From Octopus vulgaris (lineage: Eukaryota): 64,000 nucleotides of DNA. This document shows, in pieces, positions 50,454-64,000 of the stretch. The DNA is taken from contig OX597836.1 in the NCBI GenBank assembly GCA_951406725.2, positions 44,144,001-44,208,000 of the forward strand, written 5' to 3'. The translations under genes were made by a program, and so were the position numbers. The notes under the pieces were generated by a model that saw only the letters and a program-made list of their open reading frames with translations, had not been told where the DNA came from and made no database searches. Positions within the stretch are counted from its first letter, which is position 1; the number at the start of each line of letters is the position of its first letter.

Positions 50454-51601
50454 TATTTCTTTACTACGCACAAGGGGCTAAACACAGAGAGGACAAACAA
50501 GGATAGACAAACGGATTAAGTCGATTATATCGACCCCAGTGCGTAACTGGTACTTATTTAATCTACCCTGAAGGGATGAAAGGCAAAGTCAACCTCAGCA
50601 GAATTTGAACTCAGAACGTAAAGACAGGCAAAATACCTATTTCTTTACTATCGACACAGGGCTACACACAGAGGAGACAAACAAGGACAGACAAACGGAT
50701 TAAGTCGATTATATCGACCCCGGTGCGTAACTGGTACTTATTTAATCGACCCTGAAAGGATGAAAAGCAAAGTCAACCTCAGCAGAATTTGAACTCAGAA
50801 CGTAAAGACAGGCAAAATACCTATTTCTTTACTATCTACACGGGGCTACACACAGAGGAGACAAACAAGGACAGACAAACGGATTAAGTCGATTATATCG
50901 ACCCCAGTACGTAACTGGTACTTATTTAATCGACCCTGAAAGGATGAAAAGCAAAGTCAACCTCAGCAGAATTTGAACTCAGAACGTAAAGACAGGCAAA
51001 ATACCTACTTCTTTACTACCCACAAGGGGCTAAACACAGAGGAGACAAACAGGGACAGACAAACGGATTAAGTCGATTATATCGACCCCAGTGCGTAACT
51101 GGTACTTATTTAATCGACCCTGAAAGGATGAAAAGCAAAGTCAACCTCAGCAGAATTTGAACTCAGAACGTAAAGACAGGTAAAATACCTATTTCTTTAC
51201 TATCGACACGGGGCTACACACAGAGGAGACAAACAAGGACAGACAAACGGATTAAGTCGATTATATCGACCCCAGTGCGTAACTGGTACTTATTTAATCG
51301 ACCCTGAAAGGATGAAAAGCAAAGTCAACCTCAGCAGAATTTGAACTCAGAACGTAAAGACAGGCAAAATACCTACTTTCTTTACTACCCACAAGGGGCT
51401 AAACACAGAGGAGACAAACAGGGACAGACAAACGGATTAAGTCGATTATATCAACCCCAGTGCGTAACTGGGACTTATTTAATCGACCCCGAAAGGATGA
51501 AAGGCAAAGTCGACCTCGGCGGAATTTGAACTCAGAACGTAACGGCAGACGAAATACGGCTACGCATTTCGCCCGGCGTGCTAACGTTTCTGCCAGCTCG
51601 C
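50454..51601 (-). mobile_element. SINE B1 array: head + six 184-bp units
   Basis: Boundaries at 50454, 50638, 50822, 51006, 51190, 51374. Confidence 0.93.
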
Positions 51602-52049
51602 AGCGCTAGTAATATTTACATAGATGGCCATAGTTGGAATAACTTCGATTATGGATTTGTCCGGTTATGGCCGACATAGGTTAAACATCATCATCAATAA
51701 CAATAACAACAATAGCACCAGCAATAGTGGCAACAACAGCAAAAATAATGATGCTACCATTTAAAGAATATAGATATTTCTTAACTCGAAAAATTCTTTC
51801 GTATGATAAAGAAACGAGATGGACGAACTTACCTGGTTCCCTGGAATGATTTATCACAACAGTAAAATCATCGCTTAACTATACGTCTACGTGTGTGTAT
51901 GTCCGTGTGTGTGTATGAGTATGTGTGTGTGTATGTATGTGTGTGTGCGTGTGTGTGTAACTATGTGTAGGTGTGTGGGTGTGAGTAATATACAGTGTGT
52001 AGTTTGTTGATATCAAATCAGAAAAATCAATACGTGTTAAAAACTTATA

Positions 52050-52209
52050 TTCACCATATGTATATATAAATGTATGTATGTATGTGTGTACATATATATA
52101 TTTGTATATGAATATATGTATTTATATTTGCATTATATATGTATGTATATATATGTGTGTGTATGTATCTGTACATGTATATATATATATATCTGTGTGT
52201 GTTCGTCTG

Positions 52210-52241
<32 letters not shown>

Positions 52242-52570
52242 CATATATATTTGTATATAAATGTATGTATGTACATATATATTTGTATATATATGGATAT
52301 ATATATATGTGTGTGTCTATGTATATGTATATATGTGTGTATGTATATATGTATATATATATATATGTGTGTGTGTATTTGTATATGTATATATATGTGT
52401 GTGTGTATTTGTATATGTATATATATGTGTGTGTGTGTCTGTGTATATCTGTATATATATATAAATATTAATATATATATATGTATATATGTATATATGT
52501 ATGTATGTATGTACGTATGTATATGTATATGTGTATATATTTATGTGTGCGTATATGTAGATGTAAGTAT

Positions 52571-52604
<34 letters not shown>

Positions 52605-52630
52605 ATATATCAATGTTTATATGAGTGTAT
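52050..52630. repeat. (TA/TG)n low-complexity tract
   Basis: Direct reading. Confidence 0.92.
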
Positions 52631-53009
52631 GTTTTGTGAATGTTGATTAATAGTTCTGTGAATATGTGTTCGTTTGTAGTAACGACAGGTGTGGTGGTCG
52701 TGGTGGTGGTGATGGAGGTGGTGCTGGTGGTGTTGTTATTGCTGGTGGTGGTGGTGGTGGTGGTGGCGGTGGTGGCAAATGGTAGTTAGTGCTGATGGTG
52801 GTGACTGCGGCGGCGGTGATTGTCAAGATGGTAGCAACGATTCCTTAAACAGTGTTCTCCGTGGTAATGTGAAACAGTCGTTATTCAATTGTAACAATGG
52901 TGATAGTAGTAACGGCCACGATGGCGGTGGTAGTGGTGGTGCTGGTGGTAGTGGAGGTGGTGGTGGTAGTGGAGGTGCTGGTGGTAGTGGTGCTGGTGCT
53001 GGTGGTGCT

Positions 53010-53820
53010 GGTGGTGGAGACGGTGGTGGTGATGATGGTGGCGATAGCGGAGGTGGTGTCTTTGAGGACAGCGAGATGGTTGCGGTGGTAGTGGTGGCGC
53101 TGGTGGTAGTGGTGGTGGGGATAGCGATGGTGGTGGTGGTGGCGATGGTGGTGGTGATGGTGGTGGCGATAGCGGAGGTGGTGTCTTTGAGGACAGCGAG
53201 ATGGTTGCGGTGGTAGTGGTGGCGCTTGTGGTAGTGGTGGTGGGGATAGTGGAGGTGGTGGTGGTGGTGGTGGAGACGGTGGTGGCGATAGCGGAGGTGG
53301 TGTCTTTAAGGACAGCGAGATGGTTGCGGTGGTAGTGGTGGCGCTGGTGGTAGTGGTGGTGGGGATAGTGGAGGTGGTGGTGGTGGTGGTGGTGGTGGAG
53401 ACGGTGGTGGCGATAGCGGAGGTGGTGTCTTTAAGGACAGCGAGATGGTTGCGGTGGTAGTGGTGGCGCTGGTGGTAGTGGTGGTGGGGATAGTGGAGGT
53501 GGTGGTGGTGGTGGTGGAGACGGTGGTGGCGATAGCGGAGGTGGTGTCTTTAAGGACAGCGAGATGGTTGCGGTGGTAGTGGTGGCGCTGGTGGTAGTGG
53601 TGGTGGGGATAGTGGAGGTGCTGGTGGTGGTGGTGGAGACGGTGGTGGCGATAGCGGAGGTGGTGTCTTTGAGGACAGCGAGATGGTTGCGGTGGTAGTG
53701 GTGGCGCTGGTGGTAGTGGTGGTGGGGATAGTGGAGGTGCTGGTGGTGGTGGTGGTGGAAACGGTGGTGGCGATAGCGGAGGTGGTGTCTTTGAAGACAG
53801 CGAGAGGGTTGCGGTGGTAG
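53010..53820. repeat. ~120-bp higher-order (GGT)-based tandem repeat, about 7 units
   Basis: Recurrent marker gatagcggaggtggtgtcttt(g/a)aggacagcgagatggttgcgg. Confidence 0.9.
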
Positions 53821-54754
53821 TAGAGAGACAACGTCGTTAGGGGGTGTGGCAGTGGGTGGGAGGTGGGGGTGGTTGTACGAGGATTGTGGTGGTGGTGTCG
53901 GAGGCGGTGGTGGAAGAAACGGATCACATGATGATGGTAATGATGATGGTTGCGCTGATGGCAGCGGCGGTGGTGGTGGTGATGGTGGTGTGGGAGATAA
54001 CGGTGATGTGATGACGGAGGGTGGAGGCGGTGGTCATAGCTGTAGTAGTGAAGCTGATGGGCATGCAGATGATGCTGGTGGCGGTGGTGGTTGTGGTGGT
54101 AGTGGTGGTGGTTGGGGTGGTAGTAGTGGAGGTTGTTGTGGTGGTGATAGTTGTAGTAGTGTAGCCGATGGTGATGAAGATGATGCTAGTGGTTGTGGTG
54201 GTAGTGGTGGTGGTGGTGGTGGTGGTGGTGGTGGTGGTGGTAGTTGTGGTGGTGGTGATTGCGGTGGTAGTGGTGATGGTGGTGGTGGTAGTGGTGGTGG
54301 TGGACGTGGTGGTGGTGGTGGTGGTGGTGGTGGTGGCGGTGCTAGTGGTGCTGGTGCTGGTGGTGGTGGTGGTGGTAGTGGTGGTGGTGGTGGCGGTGAT
54401 AGTTGTAGTAGCATAAGCCGATGGTGATGAAGATGATGCTGGTGGTGGTGATGATAATGGTGGGGGTACTGGTGTTGTGGGAGGTAATGGATGTAATGAT
54501 GGTGATGGATGTGGTGGCCATAGTTGGAATAGTGTAACCGATGGTGATGAAGATGATGCTGGTGGTGGTGGTGGTGGTGGTGGTGGTGGTGGTGGTGGTA
54601 GTGGTTGCGGTGGTAGTTTCTTAGATTTCTTATTTGTGCAAGTAGCTGTATATTTGCATTCTTGCGGTTGTTATTGTTGTTACTAATTAGCCCTTGGTAA
54701 GTATTGACTAAGGAGACCCATGCTGAAAGGCATTCCTACCGTAACCACCCTGTT

Positions 54755-55144
54755 TTACTCTTTTACTCTTTTACTTGTTTCAGTCATTTGACTCCGGCCA
54801 TGCTGGAGCACCGCCTTTAGTCGAACAGATCGACCTTAGGACTTATTCTTTGCAAGCCTAGTACTTATTCTATCGGTGTCTTGTGGCGAACCGCTAAGTG
54901 ACGAGGACGTAAACACACCAGCATCGGTTGTCACGCACACACATACGACGGGCTTCTTTCAGTTATATGCATATAAATATACGACGGGCTTCTTTCAGTT
55001 TCCGTCTACCAAATCCACTCACAAGGACTTGGTCGCCTCGAGGCTATGGTAGAAGACACTTGCCCAAGGTGCCACGCAGTGGGACTGAACCCGGAACCAT
55101 GTGGTTGGTAAACAAGCTACTTACCACACAGCCACTCCTGCGCC
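54755..55144 (-). mobile_element. SINE family A, rearranged interior
   Basis: Reverse-complement copy; atacgacgggcttctttcagtt duplicated. Confidence 0.87.
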
Positions 55145-55335
55145 TTTGTTTATTTCTTTTAAGAAGTACACAGAATTCCATTATCTATGGTGGTCTTCTG
55201 CAGAAGAGAGTTTGATTTGAGGGAGATTCAGCTGTTATCTCCGTGTTGGCGTGTCTGTATGTGTATGTGTGAGAGTGTATGTAAGTTTATGTTCCTATTA
55301 GTATATGTAGCGCGTGTTTGTGTGCATGTGTGCGA

Positions 55336-55378
<43 letters not shown>

Positions 55379-55488
55379 TTTATGGGTCTGTATGTGCATA
55401 TCCGTGTTTGCATGTATATGTAGGAATCTGTGTGTGTGTGTATGTGTTTGTATGCGCCTGGATGTTTTTGTATGAATATGCCTATATA

Positions 55489-55975
<487 letters not shown>

Positions 55976-56114
55976 AAAGAATATGTGCGCGTTGTGCGTT
56001 TGTGTGTGTGTGTGTGTGTGCATAGGAGTATTATGTGTGTATATGTTTATGTGTGTGCGTGTGTGTGTGTGTTGTATGCGCGCGCGTGTGTGTATGCGTG
56101 TGTGTGTTTGTGTG

Positions 56115-56155
<41 letters not shown>

Positions 56156-56205
56156 CAAAGCCTTGTGAGTGGATTTGGTAGATGGAAACTGAAAGAAGCT
56201 CATCG

Positions 56206-56289
<84 letters not shown>

Positions 56290-56780
56290 TTCCCCGTCCC
56301 ATCACTGCTTGACCACCGGTGTTGGTGTGCTTACATCCCCGTGAATATGTGCGCGTTGTTGCGCGCGCGTGTGTGTATGCGTGTGTGTGTTTGTGTGTGT
56401 GTGTATGCGTGTGTGTGTGTTTGTGTGTGTGTGTGCGTGTGTGTGTTTGTGTGTGTGTGTATGTGCATAGGTGTATTATGTGTGTATATGTTTATGTGTG
56501 TGCGTGTGTGTGTGTGTGTTGTATGCGCGCGTGTGACTATATGTATGTGTGTTTGTATGTGTGTGTTTGTGTGTGTGTGTGTGTGCGTGTGTGTGTCTCT
56601 ATGCTAATTCTGTAATTGTAAAATGAGTTTGTAGTCGTTGTTTTAGCCCCAGGTCAGCTCTCATTGAGCAAACCTATGATCAAAGGTATTCCAGCCTTGA
56701 CCATCACGTTATTTCTGTTATCCCTACAACTACATTAGTCAATGCAACTTTATTTAAGACGGTGGTTGTACGATTCGAAT

Positions 56781-58143
56781 GAAATTTGGCTGCTATTTCC
56801 AGCGAGGAGATCGACCATCTAGGCTTTCCCGCTGTATGATCACAGAAAATCCATGCATGACCATCCCAACATTTCACGGGTATAATATACCCCAGTTTGT
56901 ACTACCCGATGTCCTCTATTTTTCAAGACATTAAGATATAGTTTGAAGGAAATTTGGCTGCTATTTCCAGCGGGGAGATCGACCATCTAGGCTTTCCCGC
57001 TGTATGATCACAGAAAATCCATGCATGACCATCCCAACATTTCACGGGTATAATATACCCCAGTTTGTACTACCCGATGTCCTTTATTTTTCAAGACATT
57101 AAGATATAGTTTGAAGGAAATTTGGCTGCTATTTCCAGCGGGGAGATCGACCATCTAGGCTTTCCCGCTGTATGATGGTCATCCATGCATGACCATCCCA
57201 ACATTTCACGGGTATAATATACCCCAGTTTGTACTACCCGATGTCCTCTATTTTTCAAGACATTAAGATATCGTTTGAAGGAAATTTGGCTGCTATTTCC
57301 AGCGGGGAGATCGACCATCTAGGCTTTCCCGCTGTATGATCACAGAAAATCCATACATGACCATCCCAACATTTCACGGGTATAATATACCCCAGTTTAT
57401 ACTACCCGATGTCCTCTACTTTTCAAGACATTAAGATATAGTTTGAAGGAAATTTGGCTGCTATTTCCAGCGGGGAGATCGACCATCTAGGCTTTCCCGC
57501 TGTATGATCACAGAAAATCCATACATGACCATCCCAACATTTTACGGGTATAATATACCCCAGTTTATACTACCCGATGTCCTCTACTTTTCAAGACATT
57601 AAGATATAGTTTGAAGGAAATTTTGCTGCTATTTCCAGCGGGGAGATCGACCATCTAGGCTTTCCCGCTGTATGATCACAGAAAATCCATACATGACCAT
57701 CCCAACATTTCACGGGTATAATATACCCCAGTTTATACTACCCGATGTCCTCTACTTTTCAAGACATTAAGATATAGTTTGAAGGAAATTTGGATGCTAT
57801 TTCCAGCGGGGAGATCGACCATCTAGGCTTTCCCGCTGTATGATCACAGAAAATCCATACATGACCATCCCAACATTTCACGGGTATAATATACCCCAGT
57901 TTATACTACCCGATGTCCTCTACTTTTCAAGACATTAAGATATAGTTTGAAGGAAATTTGGCTGCTATTTCCAGCGGGGAGATCGACCATCTAGGCTTTC
58001 CCGCTGTATGATCACAGAAAATCCATACATGACCATCCCAACATTTTACGGGTATAATATACCCCAGTTTATACTACCCGATGTCCTCTACTTTTCAAGA
58101 CATTAAGATATAGTTTGAAGGAAATTTGGCTGCTATTTCCAGC
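56781..58143 (+). repeat. 168-bp satellite, 8 units, derived from dispersed family E
   Basis: gaaatttggctgctatttccagc at 56781, 56949, 57117, 57281, 57449, 57617, 57785, 57953, 58121. Confidence 0.95.
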
Positions 58144-58496
58144 TGCTATGCAGCTATAAGTGTGCGTGCGTGTGTGTCTTATTGTATATGTGTATGTATG
58201 ACTATTTGTGTATGTATGTGTGTGTGAGTATGTGTGACTATGTGTGATGCGTACGTGCAAGTGTGTATGTGTGTGGATATGTGTGTGTAACTATATTCAA
58301 GTTTATATGTATGTGTTTGTTTATCCCGCAGTATATATATCTATGTGTGTGTGTGTGTGTGCATATGCGTGTGTGCTTATTAAATATTTATATGTATATA
58401 GGTATGTGTGTGCGTGTTTGCAAATATGTTTATGTATATATAGGTATGTGTGTGTTTATTGATATGTATATTTATGTGTGTATATGTATATGTAAT

Positions 58497-59290
58497 GGCT
58501 GTGGTGATGTTGTTTGCAGTGGCGGTGGTGGTTGTGGTGGTGGTGGTGGTGATGTTGTTTGCAGTGGTGGCGATGATGGTGGTGATGGTGGTGATGTTTG
58601 TAGTGGTGGTGGTGGTGGCGGTGATGTTGTTTGCAGTGGTGGTGGTGGTGGTGGTGGTGATGTTGTGTTGGTGGTGATGGTGGCGATGATGGTGGTAATG
58701 ATGTGGTTTGCAGTGGTGATGATGGTGGTGGCGATGGTGGTGGTGGTGGTGGTGGTGATGTTTGTAGTGGTGGTGGCGGTGATGTTGTTTGCAGTGGTGG
58801 CGAGGGTGGTGGTGATGGTGGCGATGGTGGCGATGGTGGTGGTGATGGTGGCGGTGGTGGTTGTGGTGGTGATGTTGTTTGCAGTGGTGGCGATGGTGGT
58901 GGCGATGGTGGTGGTGGTGGTGGTGGTGATGTTTGTAGTGGTGGTGGCGGTGATGTTGTTTGCAGTGGTGGTGGTGGTGGTGGTGATGGTGGCGATGGTG
59001 GCGATGGTGGTGGTGATGGTGGCGGTGGTGGTTGTGGTGGTGATGTTGTTTGCAGTGGTGGCGAGGGTGGTGGTGATGGTGGCGATGGTGGCGATGGTGG
59101 TGGTGATGGTGGCGGTGGTGGTTGTGGTGGTGATGTTGTTTGCAGTGGTGGTGAGGGTGGTGGTGATGGTGGCGATGGTGGCGATGGTGGTGGTGATGGT
59201 GGCGGTGGTGGTTGTGGTGGTGATGTTGTTTGCAGTGGTGGCGAGGGTGGTGGTGATGGTGGCGATGGTGGCGATGGTGGTGGTGATTGT
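58497..59290. repeat. (GGT)-based tract with ~90-bp higher-order units
   Basis: Recurrent gatgttgtttgcagtggtgg marker. Confidence 0.9.
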
Positions 59291-59879
59291 AACTTTGTGG
59301 ACGCTAGTAGCAGCGGTGGTAGTGGTGGTGGTTTTGATGGTGGTTGTGCTGCTGCTGCTGCTGCTGGCTAATGGTGCGTGGTTGATGGCGGCGGCGCCGG
59401 AAGAGGCGATGCAGCCAGAGGCTATTTGTATTGGTTCCGCCAGTTGTTTAGCTCGATGTCATCCCAGATCGAACAGATCGATAATAATCAAAGTCGCTCC
59501 TGTCGTGCCCGTCGCATCATTTTAGGGTTATTTCAAGGACTTTATTATCCACTGTATCCTTTAACTCTTTCCTTTTTTTTAAATCGTAGAATATGATTTC
59601 AGAGAGATTTAGTTGTTATTTCTAGTAGGTCCAAACGACCACGCAAAGCCCACCACCGACAGCTTGGTTTTATTAATGTTGTTGTTGTTGTTGTCATGGT
59701 GGTGGTGGTGCTGGTGGTGCTGGTGCTGGTGCTGGTGGTGGTGGTGCTGGTACTGGTGGTGCTGGTGGTGCTGGTGCTGATGGTGGTGGTGGTGGTGGTG
59801 GTGGTGATCGTGGTGGTGGTGGTGGTGGTGGTGGAGGTGGTGGTGGTATGGTAAAAGTTTGTAACACTGATGATGAGAA

Positions 59880-60660
59880 AGGCGGAGAAAGACAGAGAGA
59901 GACAAACAGACAGACAGAGAGAAAGGAGAGAGAGTGAGCAAGTGCGTGAGAGGCAAAGTTGAAGGTCAGAGGGAAGAAAAGAGAACGATTAAAAAAGGAA
60001 AAGAGGAGAGAATGGAGAAGAATAAGAGAGAGAGAAAAAGCGAAAGAAACTGCGGGATATGAAGAAGAAAGAGAGAAAGAGAGAGAGAGAGAGAGTAAGG
60101 ATGATAAAGATGTAGAGATATAAAAGGGAGATAGAGAGGAAGAAGCTGAGAGAGAAAGAGAAAGGTAGAGAGAAAAGATGTGAGAGAGACAGAGCGAGGG
60201 GGGAAGAAGAGGGAGAGAGAGAAAGAGGAGGTCGAGAGAGAGAGAGGGAGGGGGAGAGAAAGGTAGAAATGAAGATGTAAAGAGGAGGGGAAAGAAAGAG
60301 GATGAGATAAAAAGCAACAAAGAGAAAGAGGGAGAAAGGGGAAAATAGAGGGAGATGGGGAAAGTGAAGGGGAGTTAGATAAAGAAGTTTAGAGTAAGAG
60401 AGCGAGAGAGAGAGGGGGATGAGAGAGACGGAAGGAGGAAAGCGAGAGAGAGAGAGAGAGTGAGATGGGAGAGAGTTGAGTGTGTGTGTGTGAGAGAGAG
60501 AGAGAGGGGGGAAGGTAGATGTTCGGTTCTGATTCCAAGTGCTGATGGAGTGCAGCGACACAGCTTTACCAGTGTAAGGAAGAAGTAGAAGAAGAAGAAG
60601 AAGAAGAAGAAGAAGAAGAAGAAGAAGAAGAAGAAGAAGAAGAAGAAGAAGAAGAAGAAG
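59880..60660. repeat. Long polypurine (GA-rich) tract ending in (GAA)n
   Basis: Direct reading. Confidence 0.9.
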
Positions 60661-60771
60661 AGCAACAACAACAACGATAACACGACGACGCTTAACAATA
60701 AACAACAATAATAACTAGTAATGAAGTGACAGAAGATGCTGATGCCATGCTGATGATGATGATGATGCTGG

Positions 60772-60812
<41 letters not shown>

Positions 60813-61104
60813 GTGATGATGATCATCATCATCATGGTGGTGGTGGTGGTGGTGGTGGTGGTGGTGGTGATGATGATGATGATGATGATGACGACGACGA
60901 CGATGATGAGAATGACGACGATGATGATGATGACGACGACGATGATGATGACGATGATGATGGTGATGATGATGATGACGATGATGATGATGACAATGAT
61001 GATGGTGACGATGATGATGACGATGATGATGGTGAAGATGATGATGATGATGATAATGGTGATTATGATGACGATGATAATGCCGAGGATGCTGTAAAGG
61101 TTTG

Positions 61105-61141
<37 letters not shown>

Positions 61142-61183
61142 GGAGAGTGGGGATGGGTGGGTGTCCAGCTTCATCGATGACAC

Positions 61184-61197
61184 ATTGCTATGGCAAC
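61184..61197. promoter_or_regulatory. Candidate RFX X-box
   Basis: ATTGCTATGGCAAC (reverse complement GTTGCCATAGCAAT) is 13/14 identical to GTTGCCATAGCAAC. Confidence 0.4.
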
Positions 61198-62304
61198 AGC
61201 AACACGCTCTTTGTACTTGCAGTTAAGTTCCAAATATACATAACACCATCCACCACCTGATCCATCACCAACACCACCGCCACCACCACCACCACCACAA
61301 CTTTCGTCAAAGTCACCACCCGAGCGACACCACCATCACTATAACCTTCACCATCATAACTACCACCACTGCCACTACCACCACCACCGCCGCCGCCGCC
61401 GCTGCCGCCACCACAACTTTCATCGAACGACGCTATGAAGCACAGCCACGATCACCACCAATACTACCATCGCCACCAAAACCGCCACCACTACCACCAC
61501 CACCACCACAACCACCACCACCACCACCACCACCACCACTACCACCAAGCACCACGATCTCCACCACCAACACCACCACCACTACCAAATACCACCACCA
61601 TCAACACCGTCATCTCCACCATCACAGCTACCGCTGCCACATCCACTACCACCACCACAACCACCACCACCACCACCACCACCACCACCACCACAACCAC
61701 CAACAACAATACCACCACCGCCGCCGTCAACAATACCACCACGTATAACACCATCGCAACTACCACCACCACTACAACTTTTCGTCAAACGACCACACCA
61801 GCAAGCCCTACCACCACTACCACTACCACAACCACCACCACCACCGCCGCCGTCAACAATACCACCACGTACAACACCATCGCAACTACCACCACCACCA
61901 CAACCATCGCCACCAACACCAACACCACTACCACCGACAACAACAACAACAACAACAACGACACCTACATCCCTTTATCGCTCCTTCACTGGTATATTTA
62001 TTGTTTCCACTCGTTCACTCCTTCACTGAATCCTTCACCTTCGCTCTCATTCACCCATTCACTCACTCATTCAGGTGTTCATTTCAATCATTTCTTCTCA
62101 CTCCACCACCCACCCCACCACCACCACCACCACAACCACCAGACCGTTCATTCATCAACCATTCATACGTCAACCCTCCCTCATTCTCTCATTCGCTCAT
62201 TCATTCATTCTACAACTATCCAGCTTTTTCGCTCTTTCATTCATTATTTCGCTTGTCATTATATATTCACAGATTCATTCAAACATTCGCTCGCGTATTT
62301 ATCA

Positions 62305-62802
62305 CTAGCAGTATCGCACGGCGTTGCTCGGGTTTGTAAGGGAAATAACTATATAAGCATTTTTAGAGAGTTATAGCCAAAAATAGCCAAAAAAATGCAT
62401 TAAAAATGGAAAAAAAATTATGGTAAATTTTTTTTTAAATCGTTGACTCATCGTAGATATTTTTAGAGAGTTACTTCCCTTATATAATAGCGAAAAAATG
62501 CATTAAAATGGAAAAAAATTATGTTAAATTTTTTAAAATCGTAGACTCATCGTAGACATTTTTAGAGAGTTACTTCCCTTATATAATAGCGAAAAAAATG
62601 CATTAAAATGGAAAAAAATGATGGTCAATTTTTTTTTAAATCGTAGACTCATAGTAGATGCGCGCTAATACCCAGAAGGGCTCGATATGAATCACGACTA
62701 TAAGATACCCGGTTTTGGTTAAACTGCACCGCAAAATGTGGGAGTAGTTAGGAATCTAAATCATAGGAGACAGACACACAACTTGACTTTTATATATAAA
62801 GA
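62305..62802 (-). mobile_element. Non-autonomous Helitron with internal ~100-bp tandem repeats
   Basis: Minus strand: A|TCtttatatataaaagt 5' end; cccgagcaacgccgtgcg hairpin then ctgCTAG|T 3' end. Confidence 0.82.
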
Positions 62803-62911
62803 TTTCGCTTGTCATATATATTCAGAGATTCATTCAAACATTCGCTCGCGTATTTATTATTATACAAACACACACACACACACGCTCGCGCGCAATGCAT
62901 TGATACACATC

Positions 62912-63421
62912 CGTGTGTGTGCGTGTGTCTGTGTGTGTGCGTGTGTCTGTGTGTTTGCGTGTGTCTGTGTGTGTGTGCGTGTGTCTGTGTGTGTGCATGT
63001 GTGTCTGTGTGTGTTCGTGTGTCTGTGTGTGTGCGTGTGTCTGTGTGTGTGCGTGTGTCTCTGTGTGTGCGCGTGTCTGTGTGTGTGCGTGTGTCTGTGT
63101 GTGTGCGCGTGTGTCTGTGTGTGTGTGCGTGTGTCTGTGTGTGTGTGCGTGTGTCTGTGTGTGTGCGTGTGTCTGTGTGTGTGCGTGTGTCTGTGTGTGT
63201 GTGTGTGTGTCTGTGTGTGTGCGTGTGTCTGTGTGTGTGCGTGTGTCTGTGTGTGTGCGTGTGTCTGTGTGTGTGTGCGTGTGTCTGTGTGTGTGCGTGT
63301 GTGTGTGTGTGTGTGCGTGTGTCTGTGTGTGTGTGCGTGTGTCTCTGTGTGTTCGTGTGTCTGTGTGTGTGCGTGTGTTTGTGTGTGTGTACGTGTGTCT
63401 GTGTGTGTGCGTGTGTCTGTG

Positions 63422-63465
<44 letters not shown>

Positions 63466-63588
63466 TGTGTGTGTGCGTGTGTCTGTGTGTGTGCTTGTGT
63501 CTGTGTGTGTGCGTGTGTCTGTGTGTGTGCGTGTGTCTGTGTGTGTGCGTGTGTCTGTGTGTGTGCGTGTGTGTGTCTGTGTGTGTGT

Positions 63589-63622
<34 letters not shown>

Positions 63623-63790
63623 CTGTGTGTGTGCTTGTGTCTGTGTGTGTGCGTGTGTCTGTGTGTGTGCGTGTGTCTGTGTGTGTGCGCGTGTCTGTGT
63701 GTGTGCGTGTGTCTGTGTGTGTTCGTGTGTCTGTGTGTGTGCGTGTGTGTGTGTGTGTCTGTGTGTGTGCGTGTGTCTCTGTGTGTGCGT

Positions 63791-63833
<43 letters not shown>

Positions 63834-63890
63834 TGTGTGTGTGTGCGTGCGTGTGTGTGTCTGTGTGTGTGTGTGCGTGTGTATGTGTGA
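62912..63890. repeat. (TG)n-derived tract with an 18-20 bp period (gtgtgtgcgtgtgtctgt)
   Basis: Direct reading. Confidence 0.95.
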
Positions 63891-64000
63891 AAGAATGAAT
63901 CTATGAATGCTTGTATAATGTCTGTACGGGTGACCGCTTAAATATGGAAACTGAAATGCAAACTCTATGGCACACATACTTGATTACAAACATAGATATG

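Noticed and set aside
51826-51836. U1 snRNA 5' end (acttacctgg)
   Set aside because: No U1 sequence follows; better read as a minus-strand donor-like motif.

Overview
AT-rich animal genomic DNA, most likely an octopus. This is inferred from the repeat families and the extreme (TA)n/(TG)n/(AAT)n/(GGT)n load, not from a database match. The window is intron-like or intergenic. No intact protein-coding gene is supported, and almost every ORF in the supplied track is a microsatellite or SINE read-through. It holds about 50 tRNA-derived SINE copies from at least four head families (my labels A-D) and fossil non-LTR retrotransposons (R4/Dong-like, Hero-like, RTE, CR1-group, possibly CRE). DNA elements are a deleted mariner, an 8-bp-TSD MITE, two non-autonomous Helitrons and a hAT transposase fossil, plus several mini/satellites. 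Main observations: (1) SINE subfamily B1 repeatedly forms head+(184 bp)n arrays with one recurrent junction, and its insertion sites resemble its own internal GGTATTTC site, which suggests self-targeting or a circular RNA intermediate. (2) A tandem dimer carries a variant hammerhead-ribozyme motif in each unit (Penelope/retrozyme-like). (3) LINEs sit in microsatellites that SINEs appear to have supplied. (4) A few weak minus-strand exon candidates and an RFX X-box island may belong to a host gene.
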